From assembly GCA_963666205.1 (NCBI GenBank), contig OY762654.1, positions 1,088,001-1,152,000 on the forward strand: a stretch of 64,000 nt of DNA, read 5' to 3'. Shown here piece by piece: positions 17,096 through 27,586 of this stretch. The notes beneath the pieces were generated by a model. It did no database searches. It worked only from the letters and a program-made list of their open reading frames with translations, and was not told the origin of the DNA. Within the stretch, counting starts at the first letter, position 1. Each line of letters begins with the position of its first letter. A program made the translations under genes and the position numbers. The DNA is from Synergistales bacterium. Lineage in GTDB: Bacteria > Synergistota > Synergistia > Synergistales > JAFGMB01.

Positions 17096-18376
17096 TTAAC
17101 CTCCCAGTACATTGGGAAGGAACATTATGATATCCGGGAAATAGGTAAGTATAAGGAGATCTGCCAGAAGCACAAGCAGATAGGGCATGACCTCCCGGGT
17201 CACGGTTTCAATGGGGATCCTGGTTATACTGGAAACAACGAAAAGATCAAGACCTACCGGCGGCGTAATACAGCCTATGGCAAGGTTGACCACCATCATT
17301 ACTCCAAAGAATATGGGATTGATACCCATGGTCAGGGCGACGGGCAACAGTATGGGCGTTAGAATTACCACCGCAGCTGAAGCATTGACCAGTGTTCCCA
17401 TAAAAAGGAGCAGTAGGTTCACCAGCATCAGGAAAACTATGGGACTGTCAGTAAGATTGGCGAAAGCAATCCCAAGCTTGTGAGGTACCTGGGCATTGGT
17501 AAGGATCCATCCAAAAAGATTGGCCCCGCCGACAACGAACATTATCATAGTGGTGCTGACTGCTGCCTTGAAAATCACTTTGGGTATATCCTTAAGCTTA
17601 AGTTCCCTGTATACGAACATTCCCACAAAGGCACCATATACTGCCGCTACTGCGGCTGCCTCGGTGGGTGTAAAGATACCGCCATAGATGCCTCCTATTA
17701 TTATTACAGGCATCATAAGAGCCCAGAAACAGTCCTTAAAGGACTTGAGAATATTCTTGAGGGAAATGGTCCCCGTACCCTTATAACCTCTCTTTTTCGA
17801 AATGAACCAGCTTACGATACACATGGATATTCCCATAAGAATTCCGGGGGCAAACCCGCCAAGGAAAAGATCCGCTATGGATGCATCTGCCACTACTCCA
17901 TATACAACCATGGTTATACTCGGAGGAATGACTATCCCTACAGTACCTCCGCTAGCTACCACTGCCGCCGCAAAGGATTTTTTATAGCCCCGGTTCTCCA
18001 TTTCATCGATAAGGGCCGTTCCTATAGCAGCTGTAGTTGCTGCAGAAGACCCGGAAAGAGCTGCAAAGAACATTCCGGAAACTGCTACCACAAGGGCCAG
18101 ACCGCCTGCAAGGGCACCTACCAGGGAATTGGCAAAATCGACGATACGCCTGGTAACTCCTCCTGAGGACATGAAGGCTCCTGCAAGCATAAAGAAAGGG
18201 ACTGCCATGAAAGAGAAGGAATCCACAGAGGTGAACATTCTCTGGGCAACTACCACAAGGGGGAGTTTGAGCATTCCGTAAAGGATTATGGCAGAGGAAA
18301 GTCCAAGGCCAGTAGCTATGGGGGCACCAGTAAGAAGTACGACAAAGAAAGAACCCAGCATTATCCACAATAACAT
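17096..18376 (-). CDS. dctM: TRAP transporter large permease
   Basis: AVPFFMLAG, SGSSAA, IPPSI, TPTEAAA and TPPVG motifs. Confidence 0.95.
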   Translation of the reverse strand: MLLWIMLGSFFVVLLTGAPIATGLGLSSAIILYGMLKLPLVVVAQRMFTSVDSFSFMAVPFFMLAGAFMSSGGVTRRIVDFANSLVGALAGGLALVVAVSGMFFAALSGSSAATTAAIGTALIDEMENRGYKKSFAAAVVASGGTVGIVIPPSITMVVYGVVADASIADLFLGGFAPGILMGISMCIVSWFISKKRGYKGTGTISLKNILKSFKDCFWALMMPVIIIGGIYGGIFTPTEAAAVAAVYGAFVGMFVYRELKLKDIPKVIFKAAVSTTMIMFVVGGANLFGWILTNAQVPHKLGIAFANLTDSPIVFLMLVNLLLLFMGTLVNASAAVVILTPILLPVALTMGINPIFFGVMMVVNLAIGCITPPVGLDLFVVSSITRIPIETVTREVMPYLLVLLADLLILTYFPDIIMFLPNVLGG

Positions 18377-18388
18377 GAAAGCCCCTCC

Positions 18389-18895
18389 TTACTCTACACC
18401 CAGTTCCGGCCGGGTTTCTGATGCCGGAGTGCTGAGGGTCTTGAGAAGATCTTCAATGGTATTGAGGATCATGGCCATGGAACCGATGGGCAGCACGTAG
18501 TAAATATAGGACATTGTTATCTGCATGGCCGGGGAGGTCTGGAAAACTGTCCTCTGAACCATGAGAATACCGTTTTTGAAGATTATGATCATGAAAACCA
18601 CAGTAAGAATGTTTGCTATTATCCTCAGCACTTTCAGAGGCATACCGGAGATCCTCTCCGTGATAACCCCCACTGTCATATGCCCCCCCATCCTCTGAAC
18701 TACAGGGATACCGAGGAATACTGTCCAGACGAACAGGTAGCGGGCAAGTTCTTCTGAAAAGGAAAGGGAATTGTGAAAAACATATCTGGAAACAACCTGG
18801 ACAAATATGAGGGCAAGCATTGTTCCCAGAGTGATGGTGATAATAAACCTTAAAAACCTGTCTATGATCGAATTGATCCTGGTTAGTACCTGCAC
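18389..18895 (-). CDS. dctQ: TRAP transporter small permease
   Basis: QVVSRY, SEELARYLFVW, four TM segments. Confidence 0.9.
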   Translation of the reverse strand: MQVLTRINSIIDRFLRFIITITLGTMLALIFVQVVSRYVFHNSLSFSEELARYLFVWTVFLGIPVVQRMGGHMTVGVITERISGMPLKVLRIIANILTVVFMIIIFKNGILMVQRTVFQTSPAMQITMSYIYYVLPIGSMAMILNTIEDLLKTLSTPASETRPELGVE

Positions 18896-18920
18896 AAGGT
18901 TAACCTCCTAAGTTTAAAAA

Positions 18921-18951
18921 GGTAGCGGGTCCTGTTCAAGAGCCCGCTACC
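18921..18951 (-). terminator. Internal stem-loop after dctP (partial terminator or mRNA stabiliser)
   Basis: GGTAGCGGG/CCCGCTACC inverted repeat. Confidence 0.6.
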
Positions 18952-18977
18952 AGGTGGAAAATAGATCTGTAAGGTAA

Positions 18978-19958
18978 TTACTTGGTGTTTACGATAGCTT
19001 CGATGGTATCAGCACCAACGGTTTTCTCAAACATATCCCATACGGGCTTGGTTGCTTTCTTGAAGGCTTCCTTGTCCACATCTACAAGGATCTCGCTCTT
19101 TCCGCTCTCGCGGATCTTATCCCAGTAGCCGTTCTCAAGGTCGATGGCAAGCTGGCGCTGCCAGTCACGGGCCTCATCGGAAGCTTCCTGGAGAACCTTC
19201 TTCTGATCGTCATTGAGCTTGTTCCAGGAGATCATGCTTATAAGCATAGGTTCTGCTGAATAGGTATGCTCGGTAAGAGAAATGTATTTCTGGACTTCAA
19301 AGAATCTCTTTGTGTAGATATGAGCTGCAGGATTCTCCTGGCCATCAACTACTCCCTGCTGAAGAGCTGTGAAAAGTTCTCCGAATGCCATGGGAGTGGG
19401 ATTCCCGCCAAGGGATTTGATCATCTCGATATAAACGGGCTGCTCCATTACCCGTATCTTGAGTCCCTTTACATCTTCAGGTTTGGTTATGGGCCTGACG
19501 TTATTGGTCATGTTACGGACACCGTTCTCGAAGTATCCAAGAACCTTGATGCCCCTGGGCTCAAGACCTTTGGCGATCTCCATGCCTATACCGTCAAGGA
19601 CCTTGAAGGTGTGAGCTCTGTCCCTGAAAATAAAGGGAAGATCGAAAACTGCTACCTTGGGAAGGAAATTACCAAGGACTGCGCTACTGCTCATGCACAT
19701 ATCGACGGTTCCAAGGGTAAGACCCTCAACCAGGTCCCTCTGGTTACCAAGCTGGCTGCTTGGGAAAACCTGTATTTCCATGGTACCGCCTGATTTTTCA
19801 TTTACCAGATCGGCAAATTTCTGGGCACCCTGGGCATAGGGATTCTTGGGATCGGCAATATGACCCAGTTTGAGAGTCACATCAGCAGCGAGAGCCACAG
19901 TTCCAAAAGCAAAAAGAGCTACAAGGGCAATACATACTATCCTGGAAAATCTGTTCAT
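18978..19958 (-). CDS. dctP: TRAP substrate-binding protein, probably for malate/C4-dicarboxylates
   Basis: Signal peptide, FPSSQLG, GLKIRV, ALQQGVVDGQEN; downstream of malic enzyme; start at MNRFSR (ORF track gives 20012). Confidence 0.9.
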   Translation of the reverse strand: MNRFSRIVCIALVALFAFGTVALAADVTLKLGHIADPKNPYAQGAQKFADLVNEKSGGTMEIQVFPSSQLGNQRDLVEGLTLGTVDMCMSSSAVLGNFLPKVAVFDLPFIFRDRAHTFKVLDGIGMEIAKGLEPRGIKVLGYFENGVRNMTNNVRPITKPEDVKGLKIRVMEQPVYIEMIKSLGGNPTPMAFGELFTALQQGVVDGQENPAAHIYTKRFFEVQKYISLTEHTYSAEPMLISMISWNKLNDDQKKVLQEASDEARDWQRQLAIDLENGYWDKIRESGKSEILVDVDKEAFKKATKPVWDMFEKTVGADTIEAIVNTK

Positions 19959-20021
19959 AAACAATAACCCCCTAAAAGATTTTTTACTGCTTTTTACCAA
20001 TAAACCCGGCATTTCCGGGTA

Positions 20022-21212
20022 CTAGCCTATTCTGGCGACTCCAGTCTTTATGGCTGCTTCAGCAACACCCTTTGCGACCGCTGGAACTACCCTGTCATCA
20101 AGAGCTTCGGGAATTATTCTCTCGGCACAGAGCTCATCATCAGATATCAGTGACGCGAGGGCCCTGGATGCTGCGAGTTTCATTTCCTCGTTGATCTCAC
20201 TGGCCCTGACATCAAGGGCTCCCCTGAATATTCCGGGAAATCCCAGACAGTTGTTGATCTGGTTGGGGAAATCGCTCCGACCCGTTGCTATTACTGCCGC
20301 TCCTGCCTCTCTGGCTTCGTCGGGGAAGATCTCAGGGGTGGGGTTGGCCATGGCGAATACTATTGCATCCTTCGCCATGGTGCTGACCATTTCCTTCGTC
20401 AGGACTCCTGGTGCAGATATGCCAAGGAATACGTCCGCATCCTTTATCACTGATCCAAGGGGACCCTGTTCCTTATGGGGATTGGTATCCTTTGATATCT
20501 CCTCCTTGGCCCAGTTCATATGATCCTTCCTGCCTTCATAGATGGCTCCGGCACGGTCAAGGAGTATGACATTCTTAGCTCCTGCGGAAAGAAGGAATCT
20601 GCATATGGCAGTCCCGGCTGCTCCGGCTCCGCTCATGACTATCTTGCAGTCCTCTATCTTTTTGTTCACCAGCTTCAGCGCATTCCACAGTCCTGCAAGG
20701 ACGATAACAGCTGTTCCATGCTGGTCATCGTGGAATACGGGTATATCGGATATCTCCTTAAGCTTCCGCTCCACCTCAAAACAGCGGGGTGCTGCTATAT
20801 CCTCAAGATTGATACCTCCGAAAGAGGATGTTATCTGGGCAGTAACATTGACTATCTCGTCAACATCCTGGGATTTTATGCAGATGGGGAACGCATCAAT
20901 TCCGGCGAATCTCTTGAAAAGGACGCTCTTTCCTTCCATGACCGGAAGAGAGGCATCTGCACCTATGTTTCCGAGTCCCAGAACTGCACTTCCATCAGAA
21001 ACAACTGCCACCATATTGGCTTTGGAAGTCACTTCGTAGATGGACTCCGGATTTCTTTCAATCTCCCGGCATGGTTCCGCTACTCCAGGCGTATAGACCA
21101 GAGACAGGTCTCGCATGGTTTCTACAGGAAGCTTGCTTATCACTTCAAGCTTTCCGCAGGATTTTCTGTGAAGCTCAAGGGATTCCTGAAATATCTCTTC
21201 TTTCTTTGCCAT
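20022..21212 (-). CDS. NAD(P)-dependent malic enzyme (short bacterial type)
   Basis: YTPGVA, DGSAVLGLGNIG, NLEDI, FHDDQHGTA and NQINN motifs; AGGAGG precedes ATG 21212. Confidence 0.95.
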   Translation of the reverse strand: MAKKEEIFQESLELHRKSCGKLEVISKLPVETMRDLSLVYTPGVAEPCREIERNPESIYEVTSKANMVAVVSDGSAVLGLGNIGADASLPVMEGKSVLFKRFAGIDAFPICIKSQDVDEIVNVTAQITSSFGGINLEDIAAPRCFEVERKLKEISDIPVFHDDQHGTAVIVLAGLWNALKLVNKKIEDCKIVMSGAGAAGTAICRFLLSAGAKNVILLDRAGAIYEGRKDHMNWAKEEISKDTNPHKEQGPLGSVIKDADVFLGISAPGVLTKEMVSTMAKDAIVFAMANPTPEIFPDEAREAGAAVIATGRSDFPNQINNCLGFPGIFRGALDVRASEINEEMKLAASRALASLISDDELCAERIIPEALDDRVVPAVAKGVAEAAIKTGVARIG

Positions 21213-21412
21213 TAACGTTCCTCCTGGTTTGGTCACCCCTGGAAACATGCCCCAGAGGAGGAATAGATTTGATTAAAAAACAAATGGAAAGGGAAGGTCT
21301 GTCTGAAAGATAACCCAATTGAAGAATCTTATTCAAGAATTAGGACATAAAGAAAGGATATGTACATTTTTAGAAAGGTTTTTGGTCACTGGCTCTGTTC
21401 AAAAAAGGGTAT

Positions 21413-22096
21413 TCAATGAAGCAGCTTATATTTGTTAACGGGACGCCCTATCTCCCTGTAGGAAGGTTCTACTACCCCTTTCCCTGTGGATACTATGTAC
21501 TCGAGATATCTTCTGGCCGTAACACGGGATACACCTGCGAGTTCCGCAGTTTCATCCGCAGAGAGGGGGACTCCCTTTTTTTTCATAAGCTCCATTATTC
21601 TGTCGAGCTTACTTGAATTAAGTCCCTTTGGAAGGGCTCTTCTGTTTTCAACTTCTCTCCTCATGGAAAAAATGGAATCAATTTCTTCCTGGCTCAGGGC
21701 ACTTGACATGGCCTTGTGATGATAGGCACGAAAGGAATCAAGGGCCCTCCTGAATCTTTCATATGTAAAGGGTTTAACGATATAATCAAAAGCACCGTAT
21801 CTGATCACTTTTTTTATTGTTTCCGATTCATGGGCAGCAGAAACCATGATTATATCCACGTTCTTCCGGGCCTGGCGTATTTTTCTCAAAGTTTCTATCC
21901 CATCCAGTTCGGGCATGAAAATATCCAGGATAACAAGGTCTACAGCAGCCTCTTTATCCTCAAGATACCTTATTGCCTGAAGTCCGTCACAGGCAGTACC
22001 TGCGATGGAATACCCTTCAGTGGAAAGAACAAATCGTTTATGGATCTCCATTACCATGGGATCATCCTCGACTATAAGAACCGAAACAGGCTTCAT
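21413..22096 (-). CDS. CitB/DcuR/MalR-family response regulator
   Basis: EDDPMV, LPKGL, SRVTARRYLEY and GRP motifs. Confidence 0.9.
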   Translation of the reverse strand: MKPVSVLIVEDDPMVMEIHKRFVLSTEGYSIAGTACDGLQAIRYLEDKEAAVDLVILDIFMPELDGIETLRKIRQARKNVDIIMVSAAHESETIKKVIRYGAFDYIVKPFTYERFRRALDSFRAYHHKAMSSALSQEEIDSIFSMRREVENRRALPKGLNSSKLDRIMELMKKKGVPLSADETAELAGVSRVTARRYLEYIVSTGKGVVEPSYREIGRPVNKYKLLH

Positions 22097-23694
22097 CAGG
22101 CTTCTCCTCCATTGGGAAGATTAACGACAAATTCAGTGAAATGGTCTTCATCCGAGACCACGTTGATTTCTCCATGGTAAGAATCTACCAGTGATTTTAC
22201 ACTGAAAAGACCATAACCTCTTTTACCCTCCGTCTTTGTAGTAAATCCTTTTTCAAATATCCTGTCAATACTTGCGGAGGGGATACCCTTGCCGGTATCC
22301 CTGACACTTATGAGGATCCTGCCGGATTCATCAAAAAGAGACAGGTCTATTTTCCGTCTTTCCCTTGAGACTTCGAGAACCGATTCCATGGCGTTTTCCA
22401 GAAGGTTGCCTATTATTACAACCAGTGCATTGCCGGAAACAGATCCATGTTCAGCCAGGTAACTGTCAGGATCTACACAAAGGTCTATCCCGAGCTCTCT
22501 GCATCTTCCCATTTTGCCAAGAAGCAATCCTCCCACAGCAGGGTTCCTGAACCTGTGTGTAACAAGTGATAATACGGTCTGCTGAGCATCTACGACCCCT
22601 GAAATATACTCGACAGCCCTATGGTACTCGCCAAGCTGTATCAGTCCTGAAATAGTCTGCAGTTTGTTGAGAAACTCATGATTCCTGACCCTGAGAGCCT
22701 CCAGGTACTTCTTCACTCCTGTCAGTTCCTCAGCCAGATCCTGTACAACTGACATATCCCTGAAACTTGCAATTGCACCGATCTTCCTTCCCTTCTCCAC
22801 CAGGGGGATCCTGTTGGTCAGTATCCGGCTGTTCAGAAGGATCTGCTCCTGATCATATTCTGCTTCTCCCGTTCTGATGACTTCAGGAAGTCTTGTATTC
22901 GGGATATGCTTCTCTGCCGATCTTCCCAGAACCTCTTTTCCTTCAATCCCGAGAAGTTTTCTGGCCGTATTGTTTATGAGGCTGATATTTCCTCCTTCAT
23001 CAACAGCAAGGATACCTTCAGGAATGGAATCCAGTATTACTTCCCTCTCCTTGAGTATCCTTACTATTTCGTAAGGTTCCAGCCCTCTGTTAGCCTTTTT
23101 TATATTCCAGGCAAGAAGCTGGGCTCCCAGCAGACCAACTATAAGCCCCAGAAAAAGAGCAAAAATGAGTCGTTGAGTTAATTCCCGCCTGAGGGCTCTT
23201 ATATCGTCCAGAAGGACACCGACGGAAACTGCACCCACCTGTTCCCCCTCATAAAAAAGAGGGACAAAGGCCCTCATGGAAGGCCCCAGGGTTCCCACGG
23301 CTTTGGAGATATACTGTTTACCCTCCAGCACTTCCTTTTCATCTCCACCAACAAACTTTCTGCCTATCCTGTCCTTGACAGGATGGGAATAGCGGATACT
23401 GTTGTTATCGAATACAACCACATATTCAGCGCCGGTTTTTTTCCTGATACCATCTGCTATGGGATCGATTATCTCTTCTCCTCCTGCCTTCCCCACATTC
23501 TTCTGGATGGCAGGAATGGATGCTACCGAGAGAGCGATATCCATGGCATTTTCACTCATCCGATGCTCAAAGGGTGCTACCACTGTAGTTTCAACTACCA
23601 GGCCAACGATGAACAGGCTGACAAAGAAGATGGCAAAAGCCAGCAGCGTGATCTTGGTTTTTATTGAGGTATGTCTATCGGGTTTTATACCCAA
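22096..23694 (-). CDS. CitA/DcuS/MalK-family sensor kinase
   Basis: RYSHP and GTLGPSMR sensor motifs, PAS domain, HEFLNKL, GNLLENA. Confidence 0.9.
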   Translation of the reverse strand: MGIKPDRHTSIKTKITLLAFAIFFVSLFIVGLVVETTVVAPFEHRMSENAMDIALSVASIPAIQKNVGKAGGEEIIDPIADGIRKKTGAEYVVVFDNNSIRYSHPVKDRIGRKFVGGDEKEVLEGKQYISKAVGTLGPSMRAFVPLFYEGEQVGAVSVGVLLDDIRALRRELTQRLIFALFLGLIVGLLGAQLLAWNIKKANRGLEPYEIVRILKEREVILDSIPEGILAVDEGGNISLINNTARKLLGIEGKEVLGRSAEKHIPNTRLPEVIRTGEAEYDQEQILLNSRILTNRIPLVEKGRKIGAIASFRDMSVVQDLAEELTGVKKYLEALRVRNHEFLNKLQTISGLIQLGEYHRAVEYISGVVDAQQTVLSLVTHRFRNPAVGGLLLGKMGRCRELGIDLCVDPDSYLAEHGSVSGNALVVIIGNLLENAMESVLEVSRERRKIDLSLFDESGRILISVRDTGKGIPSASIDRIFEKGFTTKTEGKRGYGLFSVKSLVDSYHGEINVVSDEDHFTEFVVNLPNGGEA

Positions 23695-23853
23695 AGATCG
23701 CGGCCTCCCCTTCAGAAGGAAAAATGGCTATCTTAATATATGGATAATATTTCCAAGAATGCTTCCAGAGGTAACATAACATCATAAAAAAGGGGGGTCA
23801 AATCCCTCAATGATGTATAATTAAATTACTGACGTAAGAAAGGAGGAAGTAAA

Positions 23854-24315
23854 ATGGCTTCAGCACTAGTTGCCATCGACCAGAGCAGTATCAGCAGAGA
23901 CCTTATCCATTATGCCTTTCAGTTTGCCCGCATGGAGAAGATAGACCATCTTGATTTCATACATGTCACCCCGGAAAAGGAAAAACCAATGATCATATCC
24001 GACCCTGACCATCCTGCGGATCTTCCCGAAGTTGAAAGTATCCAGATCCGCGATGAACTCTTTTCACTATTAACTTCCGCAGTCAGAAATCCTGAACAGC
24101 CGGAAATAACCTTCGATCTTATCGTTAACACGGGTACCCCATATGAGGAGATAATTCTCCAGGCAGATAAGGGGGATTACGATTTTATTCTCATAGGACA
24201 CAGAGGAATGAGCAATGTCAAACGATTTTTCATAGGCAGCGTTGCGGCAAAAGTGGTAAGACATGCTCCATGCTCGATCCTTGTTTTTCACCCCCAGGAA
24301 AAGGGTTCTCTATAG
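23854..24315 (+). CDS. Universal stress protein
   Basis: VAID N-terminus and GHRG...IGSVAAKVVRHAPCSI. Confidence 0.9.
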   Translation: MASALVAIDQSSISRDLIHYAFQFARMEKIDHLDFIHVTPEKEKPMIISDPDHPADLPEVESIQIRDELFSLLTSAVRNPEQPEITFDLIVNTGTPYEEIILQADKGDYDFILIGHRGMSNVKRFFIGSVAAKVVRHAPCSILVFHPQEKGSL

Positions 24316-24350
24316 AAAAACCAGGGAGGACAGTCCCCCCTGGTTTTTCT
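24312..24350. terminator. Bidirectional terminator
   Basis: ATAGAAAAACCAGGG/CCCTGGTTTTTCTAT. Confidence 0.85.
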
Positions 24351-24433
24351 ATCTCTTATTCAATTAATTTTTTCAAACGAAGCATCTTTATAAGAAAATG
24401 GAATTTGTCATGGAAATAGTTATCAAAAGATCT

Positions 24434-24742
24434 TCAACGTTCCAGTGATTCCTCTGTCAAAGACACACCCCGCCTGAAAGCAATATAATCCTTGATAAAC
24501 ATTCCGCTCTCGGAAGGTTCTATATACGAATATGCAGCATCATTATTTATCTCCCCATGAACCACCAGATCAAAATAAGTTATCTTCCCTTTTTCAGTTG
24601 TGGCTTTGTATGTAGGATCAGTTCTGAGATATTCCATTTTTACGGAACGGGCCGGGAAATAAACCACACCTTCCATTTTCTTCACATCCCTGCTTTCAGC
24701 AATTACTTCTCCATTCCATATTGCCTTAACCATCATTATCAT
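24434..24742 (-). CDS. DUF427 domain protein
   Basis: KAIWNGEVIAES, EGVVYFP, KG..YF, NNDAAYSY, IKDYIAF. Confidence 0.8.
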   Translation of the reverse strand: MIMMVKAIWNGEVIAESRDVKKMEGVVYFPARSVKMEYLRTDPTYKATTEKGKITYFDLVVHGEINNDAAYSYIEPSESGMFIKDYIAFRRGVSLTEESLER

Positions 24743-25173
24743 CTCCAGAAAATTTAATTTACGTAATCAGGAAACATTATCCATTGCCTGATCAGAGGAT
24801 CTCAAAGTTATGTTTCCAACAGGAAAACAGCTCGATCATAAATCTCAATATCCTGAACACATTCTGTAATTCCTGAAAAAGGGATAAATATTAGAAGGAA
24901 ATGATAAAGTAAACAAATTCGAAGAAATAAATCGACCGGGCAAATAAGAGAAAGGGCATGGAGGATCATGACAATTAACGGAATAACTGAACTGCAGGTA
25001 AACTCCAGATCATCTTTCTTTTCCTGACTACATCATTTAATTGCACTATTTAATTATATGTCCAGACGCTATTTTATCAATACATCCAGTAATAATATAC
25101 AATATTCGAATTAACATGACTGGACATTAAAAAACCCGGCAGGTTAATTACCGTACCGGGAAAATATCATTTT

Positions 25174-26400
25174 TCAAAGGGCCTTTTGCCGCAATTTCAA
25201 TTTAGAGCAGATGAGATTCCCCAATCTTTCTGCCCCGATCCTGATCTTTTCCGGACTAACTCCTCCGAAACTTATTCTCATGCAGTTATTGCCCATGCCT
25301 CCGCCTTCAATGAAAAAGCCTTCACCTGCAACATACGCAACTTTCACATCCGGATTTGTGGTTGATTCCACCAATAGTTCAGTGGTATTGATCCCTCCCG
25401 GCAACTCAGCCCATGTGAACAGTCCCCCATCAGGAAAGGTCCTCTTTGTCCCTTCAGGGAAGAACCTGTCGATGCATTCGATCATGGTGTCTCTTCTTTC
25501 CCTGTACAGATCACAGATCATCTTATGATGATCCGGATAATATCCTCTTTTAAAGAACTCTGCACAGACGACCTGAGGCAACATGGACGTATGGGAGTTT
25601 GTCGCTGTCTTGGCGTCGAAAAGTTTTGCTGTTATTTCATCGCTGGCAAGGATATATCCAAGTCTGCTGCCAGGAGAGAATATCTTGGAGAAACTGTTTG
25701 CCAGTACGGTATTACCAGTCTGGTCAAAGGCTTTGATGGGCTGCAGTTCTTTTCCGCTGTAGCGAATATCCCTGTAAGGATCGTCTTCCAGGATAATCAC
25801 ATCATATTCGCTCCCCAGGGCCGCGATCTTTTTCCTTCTGTCCAGCGAAAGGGTCCTGCCTGTGGGATTCTGGAAAGTGGGAATAACGTAAACGATCTTT
25901 GGTCTGTATTTTATGATCTTGGCTTCCAGATCTTCCGGAACCATTCCGTTGTCATCCATATTTACACTTATGCATTTCGCCTGGAACATTTCAAATATTT
26001 CCACACAGTGGACAAAAGTCGGCGACTCAACCAGGATCACATCACCCGGATCGATATAGAGCTGGCAGAGCAGGTTCATAGCTTCCAGACCACCGCTTGT
26101 GATGAGAAGGTTATCTACCTTTGCATCTACTCCCCGGGGAGACAACAGATCATTCGCAACAACTTCACGAAGATCCTGCAATCCCATGACACTTCCATAT
26201 TGAAGGGCTTCCACTCCACGACTGTCGATCCTCATGACTTCATTTGTAATTTCACGAACGATATCAACGGGAAGAGCTTCTTTTGCCGGGGCACCGCCCC
26301 CAAAGGAAATAAGATCCGGATCGTTCATCGCTCCGAACAGGTTTCGGATAATTGCTGCGGATTTCTCCATTGTCGTCATACGTTCTGCAAATTCCGACAT
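25174..26400 (-). CDS. PLP-dependent class I aminotransferase
   Basis: ISFGGGAP, PTFQNPTG, EDDPY, NSFSKIFSPGSRLG; start ATG 26400 (ORF track gives 26445). Confidence 0.9.
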   Translation of the reverse strand: MSEFAERMTTMEKSAAIIRNLFGAMNDPDLISFGGGAPAKEALPVDIVREITNEVMRIDSRGVEALQYGSVMGLQDLREVVANDLLSPRGVDAKVDNLLITSGGLEAMNLLCQLYIDPGDVILVESPTFVHCVEIFEMFQAKCISVNMDDNGMVPEDLEAKIIKYRPKIVYVIPTFQNPTGRTLSLDRRKKIAALGSEYDVIILEDDPYRDIRYSGKELQPIKAFDQTGNTVLANSFSKIFSPGSRLGYILASDEITAKLFDAKTATNSHTSMLPQVVCAEFFKRGYYPDHHKMICDLYRERRDTMIECIDRFFPEGTKRTFPDGGLFTWAELPGGINTTELLVESTTNPDVKVAYVAGEGFFIEGGGMGNNCMRISFGGVSPEKIRIGAERLGNLICSKLKLRQKAL

Positions 26401-26480
26401 AACATAACCCCCCGATCTTGAACTGTATAAAATTATAGCAACCACTGCCCTGCTGTCCAGAATGGAGTTCAGTACAAATC

Positions 26481-26529
26481 AAAAAAAACTCCGTGTTATT
26501 TCGTGAATTATCAAGAAATAACACGGAGT
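26481..26529 (-). terminator. Strong intrinsic terminator between panB and the aminotransferase
   Basis: ACTCCGTGTTATTTC/GAAATAACACGGAGT stem followed by a U-tract on the minus strand. Confidence 0.85.
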
Positions 26530-26655
26530 CAAGCTCTCATACCAAAGGATTTCATAGCTTAATCGCGGAAGATCTAACCATCTCCTGAGTCCTTCAGTAT
26601 TCAGACTTATAACTTTCTGTAAAATATCAGAAATATAGTTTATCCCTGAAGAATA

Positions 26656-27510
26656 CTATTCATACTCCTTCAGCATTTCCATGTATTCTTCTTCCCTGTC
26701 CTTAAGGATATGATAGCAATGGTCATCCGTGGGGAACTGACCAGTTTTAACATCATTGACATATTCCTTGAAGGCCTGGGTCTCGATCTCGGCAACATTG
26801 GCATATTTTTTGACGAATTTTGGCGTAAAGGCCTCGAACAGACCAAGCATATCTCCACATATAAGGAGCTGCCCATCACAGGGACCGCCTGCCCCGATAG
26901 AATATACGGGAATATCAAGCTTTTTGGTGATGAACTGGGTCAGTTCCGGTGGAACAGCTTCAAGAAGAAGGGCAAAAGCCCCGGCTTCCTGTATTGCAAG
27001 GGCGTCTTCGATCAGGAATCTGGCACTCTCAGGATCACGGCCCTGGGCCTTGAAACCGCCAAGGGGTCCTGAACTCTGGGGGGTAAGACCGATATGCCCT
27101 ATTACAAGAATACCTGCATCTACAATGGCCCGGATGCGGCTCAGTACTCTTTTGCCGCCCTCGAGCTTGACTGCGTCCATATCTGCTTCCTTGAGGAATC
27201 TTCCCGCATTGAAGACAGCATCTTCATCAGATACCTGGTAGGACATAAAGGGCATGTCTCCTACGCAGAAAGTATTTGGAGCACCCCTTCTGACCGCCTG
27301 ACAGTGGGAAATGCAGTCTTCCATGGTGACAGGGATGGTTCCCTGGTAGCCTAGCACTACCATGCCGAGGGAATCTCCTACAAGTATCATGTCCATTCCT
27401 GCCTGCTCGACGAAGGAAGCCGTCGGGAAATCATAAGCGGTTACCCATGCTACCTGTTCCCCTTCTTTCTTCATCTTAACAAATTCGAGTCTTCCTTTTT
27501 TCTTTGCCAA
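26656..27510 (-). CDS. panB: 3-methyl-2-oxobutanoate hydroxymethyltransferase
   Basis: TAYD, LVGDSLGM, DMPFMSY, VKLEGG, GHIGLTPQ and IGAG motifs. Confidence 0.95.
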   Translation of the reverse strand: MAKKKGRLEFVKMKKEGEQVAWVTAYDFPTASFVEQAGMDMILVGDSLGMVVLGYQGTIPVTMEDCISHCQAVRRGAPNTFCVGDMPFMSYQVSDEDAVFNAGRFLKEADMDAVKLEGGKRVLSRIRAIVDAGILVIGHIGLTPQSSGPLGGFKAQGRDPESARFLIEDALAIQEAGAFALLLEAVPPELTQFITKKLDIPVYSIGAGGPCDGQLLICGDMLGLFEAFTPKFVKKYANVAEIETQAFKEYVNDVKTGQFPTDDHCYHILKDREEEYMEMLKEYE

Positions 27511-27586
27511 TTTTATCTACCCCTCTTTCCTGAATTTGAATTTCATCTACACTCTTTCCTGCCACTGAATTTATTGTCCAATGGAT

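Noticed and set aside
25058-25128. ATGTCCAG...CTGGACAT inverted pair with a related ACATCCAG in the long gap upstream of the DUF427 gene
   Set aside because: The arms are about 55 bp apart with no clear promoter or target relationship
26545-26590. Fluoride riboswitch, suggested by GGAGATGG...TCTTCC on the minus strand
   Set aside because: The pseudoknot partner and the conserved 3' motif are missing and the gene context does not fit
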